Of a DNA stretch of 64,000 nucleotides, positions 34,571 to 45,414 are shown piece after piece. A model generated the notes under the pieces. The model was not told the DNA's origin, ran no database searches, and saw only the letters and a program-made list of their open reading frames with translations. Source of the stretch: Longimicrobiales bacterium (GTDB taxonomy: Bacteria > Gemmatimonadota > Gemmatimonadetes > Longimicrobiales > Gaopeijiaceae). Where the stretch lies: assembly GCA_965226375.1 (NCBI GenBank), contig CBDDCX010000007.1, positions 608,001 through 672,000 on the forward strand. The letters are read 5' to 3'. Both the position numbers and the translations under genes were made by a program. Position 1 is the first letter of the stretch. The number at the start of each line of letters is the position of its first letter.

Positions 34571-36703
34571 TTACAGCAGCCCCGCACCGCGAGCCCACTG
34601 GTATTTCGCGCCGAGGATCGCTACGGGTAGCTCCGTGGTGTACGGACAGGCGACGATGCCTCGCTCGTAGAGGTACTCGGAGGCTTCCTCGACTTCCACG
34701 TCACCCACCAGCGAGGCCACGATGGGTTTGTCTATGCCTTTGTCTCTGGCTTCCTGAACCACGCGGGCACAGAGCTCGGCGAAGACCATAGGCGGCGTAA
34801 TGATGGTATGCCAGTAGCCCAGGACGAGTGCGTGGACGCGATCGTCTTCGAGTCCGAGACGAATGGTGTTCTCGTAAGTGATCGGCGGCTCTCCGCCCGT
34901 GATATCCACCGGGTTTCCCGAAGCACCAAACGGAGGGATGAACTCCTTGAAGGCTTCGTCCAGATCCTGCGGAAACTTCATCAAGGAAAGCCCGTTATCC
35001 ACGATCGCGTCGGACAGGAGTACACCGGAACCGCCTGCGCCTGTGATAATCACGATGTCCTCGCCCTTCGGTGTGGGAAGAACCGGAAGGCCGCGCGCGA
35101 ACTGCAGCATGTCGTTCAGGCTGTAAGCACGAATCACACCGCTGGCTCGCAGCACGTCATCGTAGATCTTGTCGTTACCCGCCAATGCGCCCGTGTGCGA
35201 AGCCGCCGCCTTCGCGCCGAGCTGAGTGCGGCCCGCCTTCAGCATGACAATGGGCTTTTTCTTGGAGACGCGTTTCGCGACCTCGGCGAAGCTCTGGCCG
35301 TCCTTGAGATCCTCCGCGTGCATCGCGATGACGTCGGTATTGTCATCCTGCTCGAAGTAGGTGAGCAGATCATCCTCGTCGAGATCCGACTTGTTGCCCA
35401 GTCCGACGATGGCCGAGACGCCCATTTTCGTCGATCGGCTGAACCCGATGATGGACATGCCGACACCACCGCTCTGTGAAGACAACGCGGTCCTGCCCTT
35501 GACGTCATACGGGGTACAGAAGGTGGCGCAGAGATTCGCGGGCGTGTAATAGAACCCGTAGATGTTGGGTCCCATGATGCGCACGTTATGCTTACGTGCT
35601 GTGGCAAGGAGCTCGTCCTGGAGCTCTGTCTCCCCTACCTCGGCAAAGCCCGAAGGGATCATGATCGCACCGGGAATGCCCTTCTCACCCACCTCTTCCA
35701 TCGCACCCACGCAAAATTTCGCGGGGACCGCGAAGACGGCGATGTCAACGACACCCGGGACGTCTTTGACGCTCCTATAGACCTTCTTGCCGAGTATCTC
35801 GTCGGCCTTCGGGTTGATCGGGTAGAGCTCCCCTTCATAACCGCCATTGATGATGTTTTTCATCACCGAGTTCCCGATCTTGCCTTCGCCATCGGACGCG
35901 CCGATGACCGCGACCGCCTTCGGGTTCATGATGCGACTCATGGCCGAGACGATCTCTTCCTGACTCGGGCGATACATTTCCTTCGGCGGCGAAAAATCGA
36001 CGGAAATCAGCGCATCGACCGCTGTCGCGCCGTTGGCATCCGCCAGGATCGGGTTGAGGTCGATCTCCTGGATCTCCGGAAAATCGCTGATCAGCTCGGA
36101 GACATTGACGATGATGCTCGCCAGGGCATCTCGGTTGACGGCTTCCGAGCCTCTGACGCCGCCCAGCACCTCGGCCGCCTGGATGCTGTCCAGCATAGAC
36201 TGTGCGTCGTCACTCGTGGCGGGAGCCAAGCGGAAGGTGATGTCTTTCAACACTTCCACCAGGATGCCGCCGAGCCCGAACGCCACGAGCTTTCCGAAGC
36301 TCGGGTCCGTGACCGCGCCCACGATCACTTCCAGACGATCGCCGGTCACCATCTCCTGGATCTGAACGCCCGCGATGTCGGCGTCGCCTTTGTACGCCTT
36401 GGCATTACCGACGATGCTCTCGTACCCGGCTGCGGCAGCTTCGGAGTCCGCCACGCCGAGCAGTACGCCCCCGGCTTCCGTCTTATGCAGGATGTCCGCC
36501 GAGACGATCTTCATGACCACGGGGTAGCCGATGTTCTCGGCGATGGCAGAAGCCTCCACGCCAGACTGAGCAAGCCCTTCACTAGGCACGGGAATGTCGT
36601 AAGCGTCGCACACTGTCCTGCATTCCGGAGCGGTTAGAGAAGTGCGCCCCTCGGATTTCACCTGGTCCAATACCGCGCGCACACCTTCGCGCCGGCTACC
36701 CAT
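34571..36703 (-). CDS. ADP-forming acyl-CoA synthetase (ATP-grasp plus CoA-binding fusion)
   Basis: GYPVVMKIVS..HKTEAGGV, IDLNP, VAVIGAS, SQSGG, ASHTGAL phospho-His. Confidence 0.9.
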   Translation of the reverse strand: MGSRREGVRAVLDQVKSEGRTSLTAPECRTVCDAYDIPVPSEGLAQSGVEASAIAENIGYPVVMKIVSADILHKTEAGGVLLGVADSEAAAAGYESIVGNAKAYKGDADIAGVQIQEMVTGDRLEVIVGAVTDPSFGKLVAFGLGGILVEVLKDITFRLAPATSDDAQSMLDSIQAAEVLGGVRGSEAVNRDALASIIVNVSELISDFPEIQEIDLNPILADANGATAVDALISVDFSPPKEMYRPSQEEIVSAMSRIMNPKAVAVIGASDGEGKIGNSVMKNIINGGYEGELYPINPKADEILGKKVYRSVKDVPGVVDIAVFAVPAKFCVGAMEEVGEKGIPGAIMIPSGFAEVGETELQDELLATARKHNVRIMGPNIYGFYYTPANLCATFCTPYDVKGRTALSSQSGGVGMSIIGFSRSTKMGVSAIVGLGNKSDLDEDDLLTYFEQDDNTDVIAMHAEDLKDGQSFAEVAKRVSKKKPIVMLKAGRTQLGAKAAASHTGALAGNDKIYDDVLRASGVIRAYSLNDMLQFARGLPVLPTPKGEDIVIITGAGGSGVLLSDAIVDNGLSLMKFPQDLDEAFKEFIPPFGASGNPVDITGGEPPITYENTIRLGLEDDRVHALVLGYWHTIITPPMVFAELCARVVQEARDKGIDKPIVASLVGDVEVEEASEYLYERGIVACPYTTELPVAILGAKYQWARGAGLL

Positions 36704-36814
36704 GTTCGATCTTCTTCTTGTTCGCAGCCCAGCGGCTGCCCCTGCAACCTGTTCGCTTCATTGGAGCGCAACACCCTTTCGCGGCCCGGCGGCCGCTCCC
36801 TCGATCGCGACGTT

Positions 36815-38053
36815 TCATCTTGTAAAAGCGCCCGCTTCCTTCAACCCATCGATCTCGCTGCCCTCGTAGCCCAGGACCTCCCGGAGAATCTCATCCGTAT
36901 GCTCGCCCAGCAGCGGTGAACGCTCGATCTCCACTGGGGAGTCGGAGAGCTTGATCGGACAGCCCAGATTGTAAAACCTCCCACGCTCCGGGTGATCGAC
37001 CTCCACATACATCTCGCGATGCTTCACATGCTCGTCGTTGGCCAGGTCCATGGTGCTCAAGACCGGGCCGCAGGGTACGTTGATCTCGTTGAAGATCCCC
37101 ATGAGCTCGCGCTTCGTATGCTTGCTTGCGAACTCGGTCAGCAAGGCCCACATCGCACCCTGGTTCTGGCGGCGCGCATCGATCTCTTCGAAACGCGGAT
37201 CCTTGACGAGTTCTTCACCCCCGATCAGCTCCGCCAGCGCGTGCCAGACGCGCTCCTGGACGACGACGTAGAGATAGTCGTTTAAGCCACCGGGCTTGCA
37301 CTGGATCGCGTTGCCGAGCTGGCCGCCGCCAGAATCGTTACCGGCTCGAGGCGCGTAGTCCTCGAACTCCTGAACGGAATACTCGGACAGGGGCCCGCGC
37401 TGGACGCGTTGGTGATCCCGCCACTTCACGCGCGCCAGATTCATCACACAGTCCATCATCGCGCACTCCACGTACTGGCCACGCCCCGTGCGCTCCCGCT
37501 GTATGAGTGCGGCGAGGATGCCGGCCATCAGGTGTACGCCCGTGCCCGAGTCGCCAATCTGCGCACCCGTCACGACCGGGGGACCATCGAACATTCCCGA
37601 GGTGCCCATGGAGCCACCCATGGCCTGCGCGATATTCTCGTAGGCCTTGAAGGCTGCGTACGGTCCTTCGGTGCCGAACCCCTTGATGGAGGCCATGACG
37701 ATTCGGGGATTGATCTCGTGGACCTTCTCCCACCCGAAGCCCAGCCGATCCAGTACGCCCGGCCCAAAGTTCTCCATGAGCACGTCGCAGGTCTCCACTA
37801 GCTTCGTAAAGACCTCTTTGCCCCTGTCGTTCTTCAGGTTTACGGTGATCGAGCGCTTGTTGCAGTTCAGCATCGTGAAGTAGAGGCTGTCGGCGTCCGG
37901 AATGTCCTGTAACTGCGTGCGCGTGGCGTCTCCCATCGGGGATTCGAGCTTGATGACGTCCGCACCCAGAAAGGCCATCAGCTGGCTCGAGGTCGGACCC
38001 GCCTGCACGTGGGTCATGTCCAGGATGCGAACGTCAGAGAGTGCCTTATCCAT
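36815..38053 (-). CDS. frc: Formyl-CoA:oxalate CoA-transferase
   Basis: HVQAGP, YFTMLNCNKRS, AQIGDSGTG catalytic Asp, GNDSGGGQ loop. Confidence 0.88.
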   Translation of the reverse strand: MDKALSDVRILDMTHVQAGPTSSQLMAFLGADVIKLESPMGDATRTQLQDIPDADSLYFTMLNCNKRSITVNLKNDRGKEVFTKLVETCDVLMENFGPGVLDRLGFGWEKVHEINPRIVMASIKGFGTEGPYAAFKAYENIAQAMGGSMGTSGMFDGPPVVTGAQIGDSGTGVHLMAGILAALIQRERTGRGQYVECAMMDCVMNLARVKWRDHQRVQRGPLSEYSVQEFEDYAPRAGNDSGGGQLGNAIQCKPGGLNDYLYVVVQERVWHALAELIGGEELVKDPRFEEIDARRQNQGAMWALLTEFASKHTKRELMGIFNEINVPCGPVLSTMDLANDEHVKHREMYVEVDHPERGRFYNLGCPIKLSDSPVEIERSPLLGEHTDEILREVLGYEGSEIDGLKEAGAFTR

Positions 38054-38070
38054 GGTCTGTTATGCTCCGA

Positions 38071-39822
38071 TCACTTGTACATGGTTTGACGTTTGGTGCC
38101 GGGTGACCATTCGCCAGGGTCCACCCAGATATTGATGACCGCGGACTTGCCGGACGTCTTCACGGCTTCCCGCCCGCGTTGCAGCGAAGGTTGGATCTCC
38201 GCTGGATCTCGAACCTCCTCGCCGTATCCGCCGAGCATCTCGGCGAACTTGGAGAAGGGCACGTCGCCCAGGAGATTGGCGACATTGCCGCGCTCCTCGC
38301 CATACTTGGATAACTGCCCGTAGCGAATCTGATTCATGGCGGAGTTGTTGCCGATGACCGCGAGGTACGGCGCGCCGAATCGATTGGCCGTCTCCATGTC
38401 GAACGCAGTCATGCCGAAGGAGCCGTCGCCGTAGTAGCAGAGGACCTCTTTGTGGGGATGCACCAGTTTCGAGGCCAGCGCGAAGCCGGTGCCGACACCC
38501 AGGCCGCCCAGCGCACCCGGGTCCATCCAGTTGCCCGGCGCTCTGGGCTGAACCGCCTGGGCGCTGATGGTGACCACGTCGCCGCCGTCGCCAATATAGA
38601 TGGTGTCCTCGGTGAGAAACTCGTTCAGTTCCCACGCGACGCGATACGGATGGATGGGGTTCGCGTCCGACAAAAAGAGCGGCATCAGCTTTTCCGTCTT
38701 CTTCTGCTCGATGGCTCGCAAGTGCTCGAGCCAGTTCGCCCGCCCCTTGGCCCCGTTGTCTCCGAGACCGGTGGTGGCGTCATGCACGGCCTTCAGGATC
38801 GCGCCAGGATCACCCACGAGTCCGAGCGACACGTCGCGGTTCTTTGCGACAGTCCTGTAGTCCATGTCGATGTGCACGACGGTGGCGTCAGCACGCAGTC
38901 GTCGGCCGTAGCCCATCCGGAAATCGAATGGCGTACCGACGATGACGATGACGTCAGCATCTTTGAAAGCATCGCTGCGGGTGCGGTGGAAATAGTGGGG
39001 ATCGCCCGGCGGGAGGATTCCGCGCGAAGCGCCGTTCATGTAGCCCGGGATATTCAGACCTCTCAGGAGCGCAATGGCCTCTTCGTGGCCGCGGCAGGTC
39101 CACACTTGGGTGCCCAGTAGGATGGCCGGTCGTTCGGACTTGACCAGGATTTCGGCCAGCTTCTCGATATCGGCGGGATCGCCGATGGACTTCGTAGAGG
39201 CCCGATAGTGGCCGGCCTTCGGCATGATGACCTTCTCGAGGGGTACCTCGCGGTCCAGCACATCACGAGGGATCTCGAGATAGCTCGGCCCGGGCGCGCC
39301 GGCAAAGCACTCCCTGGCTGCCATGGCCACCATGTCCGCGATTCGTTCCGTGGAACCCACGCTCGCGGAGAACTTGGTAATCGGCGCGGCGATGTCCACG
39401 TGCGGTAGATCCTGGAGCGACCCCATCTTGTGCTGGGTAAGGGCACCCTGCCCGCCAATGTGCAGTACCGGACTCTCGGATCGAAACGCCGTCGCGATGC
39501 CTGTGAGCGCATTCGTAAAGCCGGGTCCCGCCGTGGTGATCACGCACCCCAAACGGCCGGTCTGGCGCGCGTAGCCGTCCGCGGCATGGGCGGCCACCTG
39601 CTCGTGGCGCACATCGATGATGCGAATGTCGTTGTCGATACAGCCGTCATACGTGTCGATGATGTGCCCGCCGCAGAGCGTGAAGATCGTATCGATCCCC
39701 TCGTTCTTGAGTGCCGCGGCCACCAGATGACCACCCGAGATGACTGATGCATCCCGGCTCTTTCTCGCCAGCGTATCTTCCGCCGTCGTGGTTTTCGCTT
39801 TTTCCGCAGCAACGCCTGCCAT
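38071..39822 (-). CDS. ThDP-dependent enzyme, oxalyl-CoA decarboxylase/2-hydroxyacyl-CoA lyase-like
   Basis: RHEQVAAHAADGYAR, TAGPG, GDGSFG..NN; directly upstream of frc. Confidence 0.85.
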   Translation of the reverse strand: MAGVAAEKAKTTTAEDTLARKSRDASVISGGHLVAAALKNEGIDTIFTLCGGHIIDTYDGCIDNDIRIIDVRHEQVAAHAADGYARQTGRLGCVITTAGPGFTNALTGIATAFRSESPVLHIGGQGALTQHKMGSLQDLPHVDIAAPITKFSASVGSTERIADMVAMAARECFAGAPGPSYLEIPRDVLDREVPLEKVIMPKAGHYRASTKSIGDPADIEKLAEILVKSERPAILLGTQVWTCRGHEEAIALLRGLNIPGYMNGASRGILPPGDPHYFHRTRSDAFKDADVIVIVGTPFDFRMGYGRRLRADATVVHIDMDYRTVAKNRDVSLGLVGDPGAILKAVHDATTGLGDNGAKGRANWLEHLRAIEQKKTEKLMPLFLSDANPIHPYRVAWELNEFLTEDTIYIGDGGDVVTISAQAVQPRAPGNWMDPGALGGLGVGTGFALASKLVHPHKEVLCYYGDGSFGMTAFDMETANRFGAPYLAVIGNNSAMNQIRYGQLSKYGEERGNVANLLGDVPFSKFAEMLGGYGEEVRDPAEIQPSLQRGREAVKTSGKSAVINIWVDPGEWSPGTKRQTMYK

Positions 39823-40048
39823 GAGATGCTCCCGGTAGACTTTTCTCAGGTCAGCTAATCCAAATAGCCGACGTAATTGTTGATGTGCTCCGTTAGTCCG
39901 AAGCAGCTCGATCTTCCATGACGAGTTCCTTTCGCCCTCAGATTTTCCCGGAGTCCGAGGCCCAGGGTAGCCAGCTAGCGAGCGTGCTCATTCGCGACAC
40001 CCTCCTTCTCGATCCGCGGCCGAAGGCCCGGCCTCCCACGAGGCCCTC

Positions 40049-41479
40049 CTAGCGGATCCGCTGCGGCAGGTCCGGCCCGTCGTCCCAGAACTGAGCACTC
40101 GAGATGTTCGGCATCGCCCAGTCGTTACCGTTCCAGCCCTGGAAGCCGTCGAGCCTGAACGCCCAGAATCCGGTGTTGAAGTCGCTCACCACGATAAGCC
40201 CATCCGCGTTTCGGATGTCCACGCCCCAGGCGCCGTCGTAGATGTTACCTGTGGTGGTGTTACCCGTCACCAGCGCACCTTCTCCTCCGTAGAGGCTGGG
40301 ACCCTGCCGCGTGTGGTAGTATCCCTCGGTAAAGGGATGCGTGGGATCGGTCATGTTGACGATCTGGAGCCCGTCGTCCTGGCCCGAGATGAAGACGTAC
40401 GGCCACCGCATCTCATGGTTGTGGGTCGCGCCCCCGAACTTTGCCATCCATGCCCCGATCCCGGATCCCGTGACGATGTTGGGGGTCTGTCCCTCCGACC
40501 CGGGCGGCCGCAGGTCGAAGAAGCGGATCGGCGAGTGCTGGTAGGTGGGTACGGACATGCCGAGTCCGTAGCGCCCGTCGGGTGTGGGTGTGAAGGTATG
40601 CCCGCTCTCGACCCCGGGGATGCCGGTGACCGACGTGATGAGCCGCGGGTTCTCCACATCCGTCACGTCCATCACGTGGTATCCTCCGCCACCGGCACCG
40701 TAGAACCGGTCCTGCGCCGCGTCAGGAAGGAACCCGAGGTACATGTCGTGCCACTGCTGGTAGCGAACCGCCGAGGGATCGGGGACGGCGATCGCCGAGA
40801 CCGGATCCAAATTGCCCGCCGCGACCTGTGCGATGTCATAGACGAAGGCGTCCTTCGACGTGGTGGTTGCGACCAGGAGCGAGCGGCCGTTGGAGTGCTT
40901 GTACGTGAAGATGTTATGGAAGCCCCCCGGCAGATCCGGGACTCGGAGCTCCGCGACCTTCCGCACCGTCGACCCATCCGGTAGCCCGGTGACGTCGAAG
41001 ACCATGGCTCCCAGGTCGAAGTCCGGGCCCCCCTGCCCGAACTGACAGGACACGATCAGGTAGTAGCGGCCCTCGGCCTTGGCGTACTTCGGATCGAGAC
41101 ATCCGGAACCGAGATGCAGATCGGGGTCGTCCACGATGTAACGGTACAGGACCCGGGGATGCTCCTCGTCCTCGATGCTGATCGCATAGAATCCTGACGC
41201 GCCGAAGCGCTGCGCGATGTAGACGAAGGGCCGATCCATCTCCTGCTCGATCTCGATGTCGGCGTGGCTGAAGCGCTGCCCGGGCAGAGGAATGTGCGAG
41301 ACCACTTCGATGTTGGGCGTACCGCGGCGACCTACTGGGTAGCCTGTCTCCGGCTGAATGCAGGTCGGGTCGCCGAAGCACGTCACTTGCGCTACCGCGC
41401 TGGAAGCCGCGAGTCCGACGGCCATCGCCGCCAGGGTGAGCGCATACAGAACCGGCAGGGTTCGCTGACGCATGATCAC
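40049..41479 (-). CDS. Secreted LVIVD-like beta-propeller, paralog 1
   Basis: Signal peptide; HADIEIEQE, GGFHNIFTY, WHDMY, GHTF, HNHE, GAWGVDIRNADGLIVVSD. Confidence 0.8.
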   Translation of the reverse strand: MIMRQRTLPVLYALTLAAMAVGLAASSAVAQVTCFGDPTCIQPETGYPVGRRGTPNIEVVSHIPLPGQRFSHADIEIEQEMDRPFVYIAQRFGASGFYAISIEDEEHPRVLYRYIVDDPDLHLGSGCLDPKYAKAEGRYYLIVSCQFGQGGPDFDLGAMVFDVTGLPDGSTVRKVAELRVPDLPGGFHNIFTYKHSNGRSLLVATTTSKDAFVYDIAQVAAGNLDPVSAIAVPDPSAVRYQQWHDMYLGFLPDAAQDRFYGAGGGGYHVMDVTDVENPRLITSVTGIPGVESGHTFTPTPDGRYGLGMSVPTYQHSPIRFFDLRPPGSEGQTPNIVTGSGIGAWMAKFGGATHNHEMRWPYVFISGQDDGLQIVNMTDPTHPFTEGYYHTRQGPSLYGGEGALVTGNTTTGNIYDGAWGVDIRNADGLIVVSDFNTGFWAFRLDGFQGWNGNDWAMPNISSAQFWDDGPDLPQRIR

Positions 41480-41784
41480 TCCTCCGTGCTTGAAGTCTTC
41501 AGGATGCGTGCAGGCGGGTGACAGATCGGACATGGCTGCAAAATGCCCCTAGGTCGCGCCCAACCACAAGGCGAGGCGGCCCTTCGTGGGAAAAGCGAGG
41601 TGGCCCTCCCGTGCTCCGCGAGGCCTGGGCCGCTCATCCCGACCGCTTCGTCTCCGGTGAGCCAAACCCCAAACCCCTCCCCGAGGCCGTCTGGATCAAT
41701 CCTCCAAGCCTAACCCTCACTACACAGGAGATTGCTCTCTAATTGATTCCCCGGAGTGTCTCACAATCGTTGACAGGTTCCGAT
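41076..41784. repeat. 709-bp direct repeat, copy A (paralog 5' third, upstream region, IS3 tail)
   Basis: Identical by eye to 58139-58847 (offset 17063). Confidence 0.9.
41609..41782 (+). mobile_element. IS3 right-end remnant
   Basis: VLREAWAAHP..EIAL* plus right IR, as at 34345-34517. Confidence 0.88.
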
Positions 41785-41852
41785 CCGGTTCATTGAGCAG
41801 GGCCTTCTTCATGACGATCACCTCCGGTGCCGGCCTGGGCGAAGCTCGGCGC

Positions 41853-43274
41853 TCAGCGCGCCCCCACGGACTCCCGTACCGACTCCAGCAACTTGGCGGA
41901 GTCGTACCCGACTCCGTCCTTGAAGACGATGCTCACGTTCCGGATGTCGGCCGGATTCGAAACGGGATCGCCACGGATCACGACCATGTCCGCCAGCTTC
42001 CCCGGCGAGATGGATCCCAACTGGTCGAACTCGCCCAGAACCCTGGCGCCGTTGGCCGTCATGATCTCGATCGCCTGTACCGGCGTGAATCCCGCCTCGA
42101 TCAGCAGCTCGAAGTTCCGTTGGTCGCCGAAGCCCGGGATGGCCCCACCGTTCCCCGTGGGATCCACCCCCGCCACCAGAAGCCCGCCGGCGTCCGCAAA
42201 GGCCTTCTCGAAGGCCAGGGCATTCCTCCACACCAGTCCGATGGGCGACGTGGCCGACTCGTTCTGCAGCAGCTCGTGCCGCAGCAGGAACGCTTCCCGT
42301 ACCTCGGGGGACATGATCTCCAGCACGCGGTCTTCCACCGGCCGGTCCGGCGTGAGCTGCTCGATGACCGCGAGCGTCGACGTGATCGCCACGCCGTTGT
42401 CCACCGCCTTCTGAATCAGCGCCGTTACCTCGGGGCCGTCGACGTCCAGGTCGACCAGGCTTTCCCGCTGACCACTCGGGCAGACGTCCGGCTCCTTGTC
42501 GGGCACGAAATCCGACGAGACGAACACACCGTGCTCGAGGTTGTCGATCCCCATGTCGATCGCTTCGGAGTAGGTTACCGAGCAAAGGTGGCCCGTGAAC
42601 TTGATCCCCTGCTTGTGCGCCTCGTCGATGGCCGCCGCCAGGCTGGCACGGCTGATCCGGGCATGGGCCTTGATCCAGGTCGCCCCCTCCTCCGCCCAGT
42701 AGCGCACGATCCGGCGCGCTTGCTCCTCGCTTGTCGGAGAGTAGTTGCGGAGCCCCTCGGAGAGGCGCGGGCCGGTGATGTGCATGCGTGGTCCGGGCGC
42801 CTGTCCTATATCGATGGAGTGCTTGAGGTTAAGCTCGATGTAGGGCGACATGCTTCCGGCGGTGCGGATCGTCGTGACGCCGCTTGCCAGGTAGATGCGG
42901 GGTGCGCTGAAGCTGAGCGTGAGCCTTCCTTTGGCTCCGGCGTAGTCCGTGTGATCGTGCATCCCGATGATGCCCGGAATTACGGTGTGCCCCGGGAGAT
43001 CGAGGATCTCGGCGCCCTCGGGCACCCTGACGCTCCCTGTGGGGCCTACGTCACGGATCCGGCCGTCCACCACCACGATGGTCTGGGCGTCCAGTGGGGG
43101 CGCGCCCGTTCCGTCGACGACGCGAACGCCGGTCAGGGCGAAGACGGGGGCGTCGACACTGACGAAGCGGCGAACTTCGGCGGAAAGGGAGGCGGACGAC
43201 TGGCCCGCGACGGGGCCGGGGTGGACGAGCACGGCGGCGAGGACAGGGCCGAGGAGGGAGACGAGCTTTCGCAT
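41853..43274 (-). CDS. Secreted metal-dependent amidohydrolase
   Basis: Signal peptide; PGIIGMHDH, GVTTIRT, IDNLEHG, GSISPGKLADMVV. Confidence 0.88.
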   Translation of the reverse strand: MRKLVSLLGPVLAAVLVHPGPVAGQSSASLSAEVRRFVSVDAPVFALTGVRVVDGTGAPPLDAQTIVVVDGRIRDVGPTGSVRVPEGAEILDLPGHTVIPGIIGMHDHTDYAGAKGRLTLSFSAPRIYLASGVTTIRTAGSMSPYIELNLKHSIDIGQAPGPRMHITGPRLSEGLRNYSPTSEEQARRIVRYWAEEGATWIKAHARISRASLAAAIDEAHKQGIKFTGHLCSVTYSEAIDMGIDNLEHGVFVSSDFVPDKEPDVCPSGQRESLVDLDVDGPEVTALIQKAVDNGVAITSTLAVIEQLTPDRPVEDRVLEIMSPEVREAFLLRHELLQNESATSPIGLVWRNALAFEKAFADAGGLLVAGVDPTGNGGAIPGFGDQRNFELLIEAGFTPVQAIEIMTANGARVLGEFDQLGSISPGKLADMVVIRGDPVSNPADIRNVSIVFKDGVGYDSAKLLESVRESVGAR

Positions 43275-43344
43275 AGCGGGCTCCTTGGGTTTTCGGGTCA
43301 CCGGGCGAGTGACGCGCCGGGCCTCAAAGGTGCGGTACCCGAGC

Positions 43345-43455
43345 CGGTCGCTCAAGATGCCTATCCGGAGAACGAGGCGGTCTACCTGAAGAGCTCACCG
43401 ATCTTCAAGGTCCACCAGGTGACCACACCCACCTTCGTGATCCAGGGCGAGGGGG
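43345..43455 (+). pseudogene. S9 (prolyl oligopeptidase family) peptidase fragment
   Basis: YLKSSPIFKVHQVTTPTFVIQGE. Confidence 0.45.
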
Positions 43456-43568
43456 TGCCGGCCGACTGGCAGCTCCCCGAAGGAGAGCCCCCTCCGATCA
43501 GCGAGCGTACTCATTCTCGAGCCTCCTTGTCGATTTCGCTGCCGAGGCCCGGCCTCGGCCGTGTCTTC

Positions 43569-44999
43569 CTACCTGATCTGCTGCGGCTGATCCGGACTCT
43601 GGTCCCAGTTCTGCGCGCTCGAGATGTTCGGCACCCCCCAGTCGTTGCCGTTCCAGCCCTGGAAGCCCTCCAGGCGGAACGCCCAGAAACCGGTGTTGAA
43701 GTCGCTCACCACGATGAGCCCATCTGCATTTCGGATGTCCACGCCCCAGGCACCGTTATAGATGTTGCCTGTGGTAGCGGTGCCCGCCTGCAGCGCTCCC
43801 TCTCCTCCGAAGAGCGCCGGGCCCTCCCGGGTGTGGTAGTAGCCGACCGTGAAGGGCCGCGTGGGGTCCGCCATGTTGACGATCTGGAGCCCGTCGTCCT
43901 GTGCCGAGATGAAGACGTAGGGCCAGCGCATCTCGTGATTGTGGGTCGCGCCTCCGAACTTCGCGATCCACGCTCCGATCCCGGAGCCCCTCACGATGTT
44001 CGGAGTCTGTCCCTCGGAGCCCTCAGGGCGCAGGTCGAAGAAGCGGATCGGCGAGTGTTGGTATGTCGGGACGGGCATGCCGAGGGCGTAACGGCCGTCG
44101 GGTGTGGGCGTGAAGGTGTGGCCGTCCGAGACCCCCGGGATACCTGTAACCGAGGTTATGAGCCGCGGGTTCTCGAGGTCGGTGACGTCGTAGACGTGGA
44201 AGCCCCCGCCCCCGGCCCCGTAGAACCGATCCTGCCCGGCATCCGGGAGGAACCCGAGGTACATGTCGTGCCACGTCTGGTAATTGGTCGCGGTGGGATT
44301 CGGTACGGGGATCGCCGCGACCGGATCGGTGACGCCTGCGGCAACCTGAGCGATGTCGTATACGTAGGCGTCCTTCTGCCGGGTGGTCGCGACCAACAGA
44401 GACCGGCCGTTGGAATGCCTGTAGGTGAAGATGTTGTGGAATCCCCCCGGCATGAGCGGGACTCGGAGGTCCGCGACCTTGCGCACCGTCGAGGCGTCCG
44501 GGAGCCCCGTCACGTCGAAGACCATCGCTCCGAGGTCGGCGTCCGGCCCCCCCTGCCCGAACTCGCAGGACACGATCACGTAGTACCGGCCATCGGCCTT
44601 TGCATACTTGATGTCCACGCATCCGCTGCCGAGATGGAGATCGGGGTCGTCCACGATGTAGCGGTAGAGAACTTCCGGATGCTCCTCATCCTCGAGGCTG
44701 ATCGCATAGAATCCGGAGGCGCCGTGGCGCTGCGCGATGTACGTGAAGGGCCGATCCATCTCCTGCTCGATCTCGATGTCGGCGTGGCTGAAGCGCTGCC
44801 CGGGCAGAGGAATGTGCGAGACGACCTCGATGTTGGGCGTACCGGGCCGGCCCACCGGATAGCCCGTCTCGGGCTGTATGCAGGTCGGATCGCCGAAGCA
44901 TGTCACCTGTGCCACGGCGCTGGGAGCCGCGAGGCCGACGGCGACGGCCGTCAGTGTGAGCGTAAACAGAATCGGCATGGCTCGCTGGCGCATGATCAC
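43569..44999 (-). CDS. Secreted LVIVD-like beta-propeller, paralog 2
   Basis: 476 aa; same motifs as paralog 1; upstream ~120 bp nearly identical to that of paralog 1. Confidence 0.8.
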   Translation of the reverse strand: MIMRQRAMPILFTLTLTAVAVGLAAPSAVAQVTCFGDPTCIQPETGYPVGRPGTPNIEVVSHIPLPGQRFSHADIEIEQEMDRPFTYIAQRHGASGFYAISLEDEEHPEVLYRYIVDDPDLHLGSGCVDIKYAKADGRYYVIVSCEFGQGGPDADLGAMVFDVTGLPDASTVRKVADLRVPLMPGGFHNIFTYRHSNGRSLLVATTRQKDAYVYDIAQVAAGVTDPVAAIPVPNPTATNYQTWHDMYLGFLPDAGQDRFYGAGGGGFHVYDVTDLENPRLITSVTGIPGVSDGHTFTPTPDGRYALGMPVPTYQHSPIRFFDLRPEGSEGQTPNIVRGSGIGAWIAKFGGATHNHEMRWPYVFISAQDDGLQIVNMADPTRPFTVGYYHTREGPALFGGEGALQAGTATTGNIYNGAWGVDIRNADGLIVVSDFNTGFWAFRLEGFQGWNGNDWGVPNISSAQNWDQSPDQPQQIR

Positions 45000-45414
45000 T
45001 CCTCAGTGCTTGAAGTCTTCAGGATGCGTGCAGGCGGGTGACAGATCGGACTTGGCTGCAAAATGCCCCTAGGTCGCGCCCAACCACAAGGCGAGGCGGC
45101 CCTTCGTAGGAAAAGCAACGTGCCCCTAAGGCCGGGCGAGCCGTACTACTTCGGGCCGGGGTATCGGTTCGGGCGGTGAGGCACCGATTCGATCATGGCG
45201 TGGAGTCAAGAGGAGTCGGGCGTCGGGGATGACATCTTGAGCCTTCTCGTGCCGCGTCGGGTGGGGGAAGACGTTGGCTCGCGCCCCATCGTCCTGGAGA
45301 GCGGTGCCGAGGCGCGACGGGTCGAAGCGGGTTCTGACGAAGGGGTCCCCAGGTGTTGTCGCCGGGAGCCCCCGCACTCTCCTGAGGACCCCTCGGTGGG
45401 ATCCTAGAGAGCGC

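Noticed and set aside
39855..39915. Possible GntR C-terminal remnant (GLTEHINNYVGYLD*) upstream of the ThDP gene
   Set aside because: Too short to support without a search.
41793..45041. 1082-aa plus-strand ORF
   Set aside because: Antisense shadow of the amidohydrolase and propeller genes in high-GC DNA; only a ~35-aa S9-like piece looks real.
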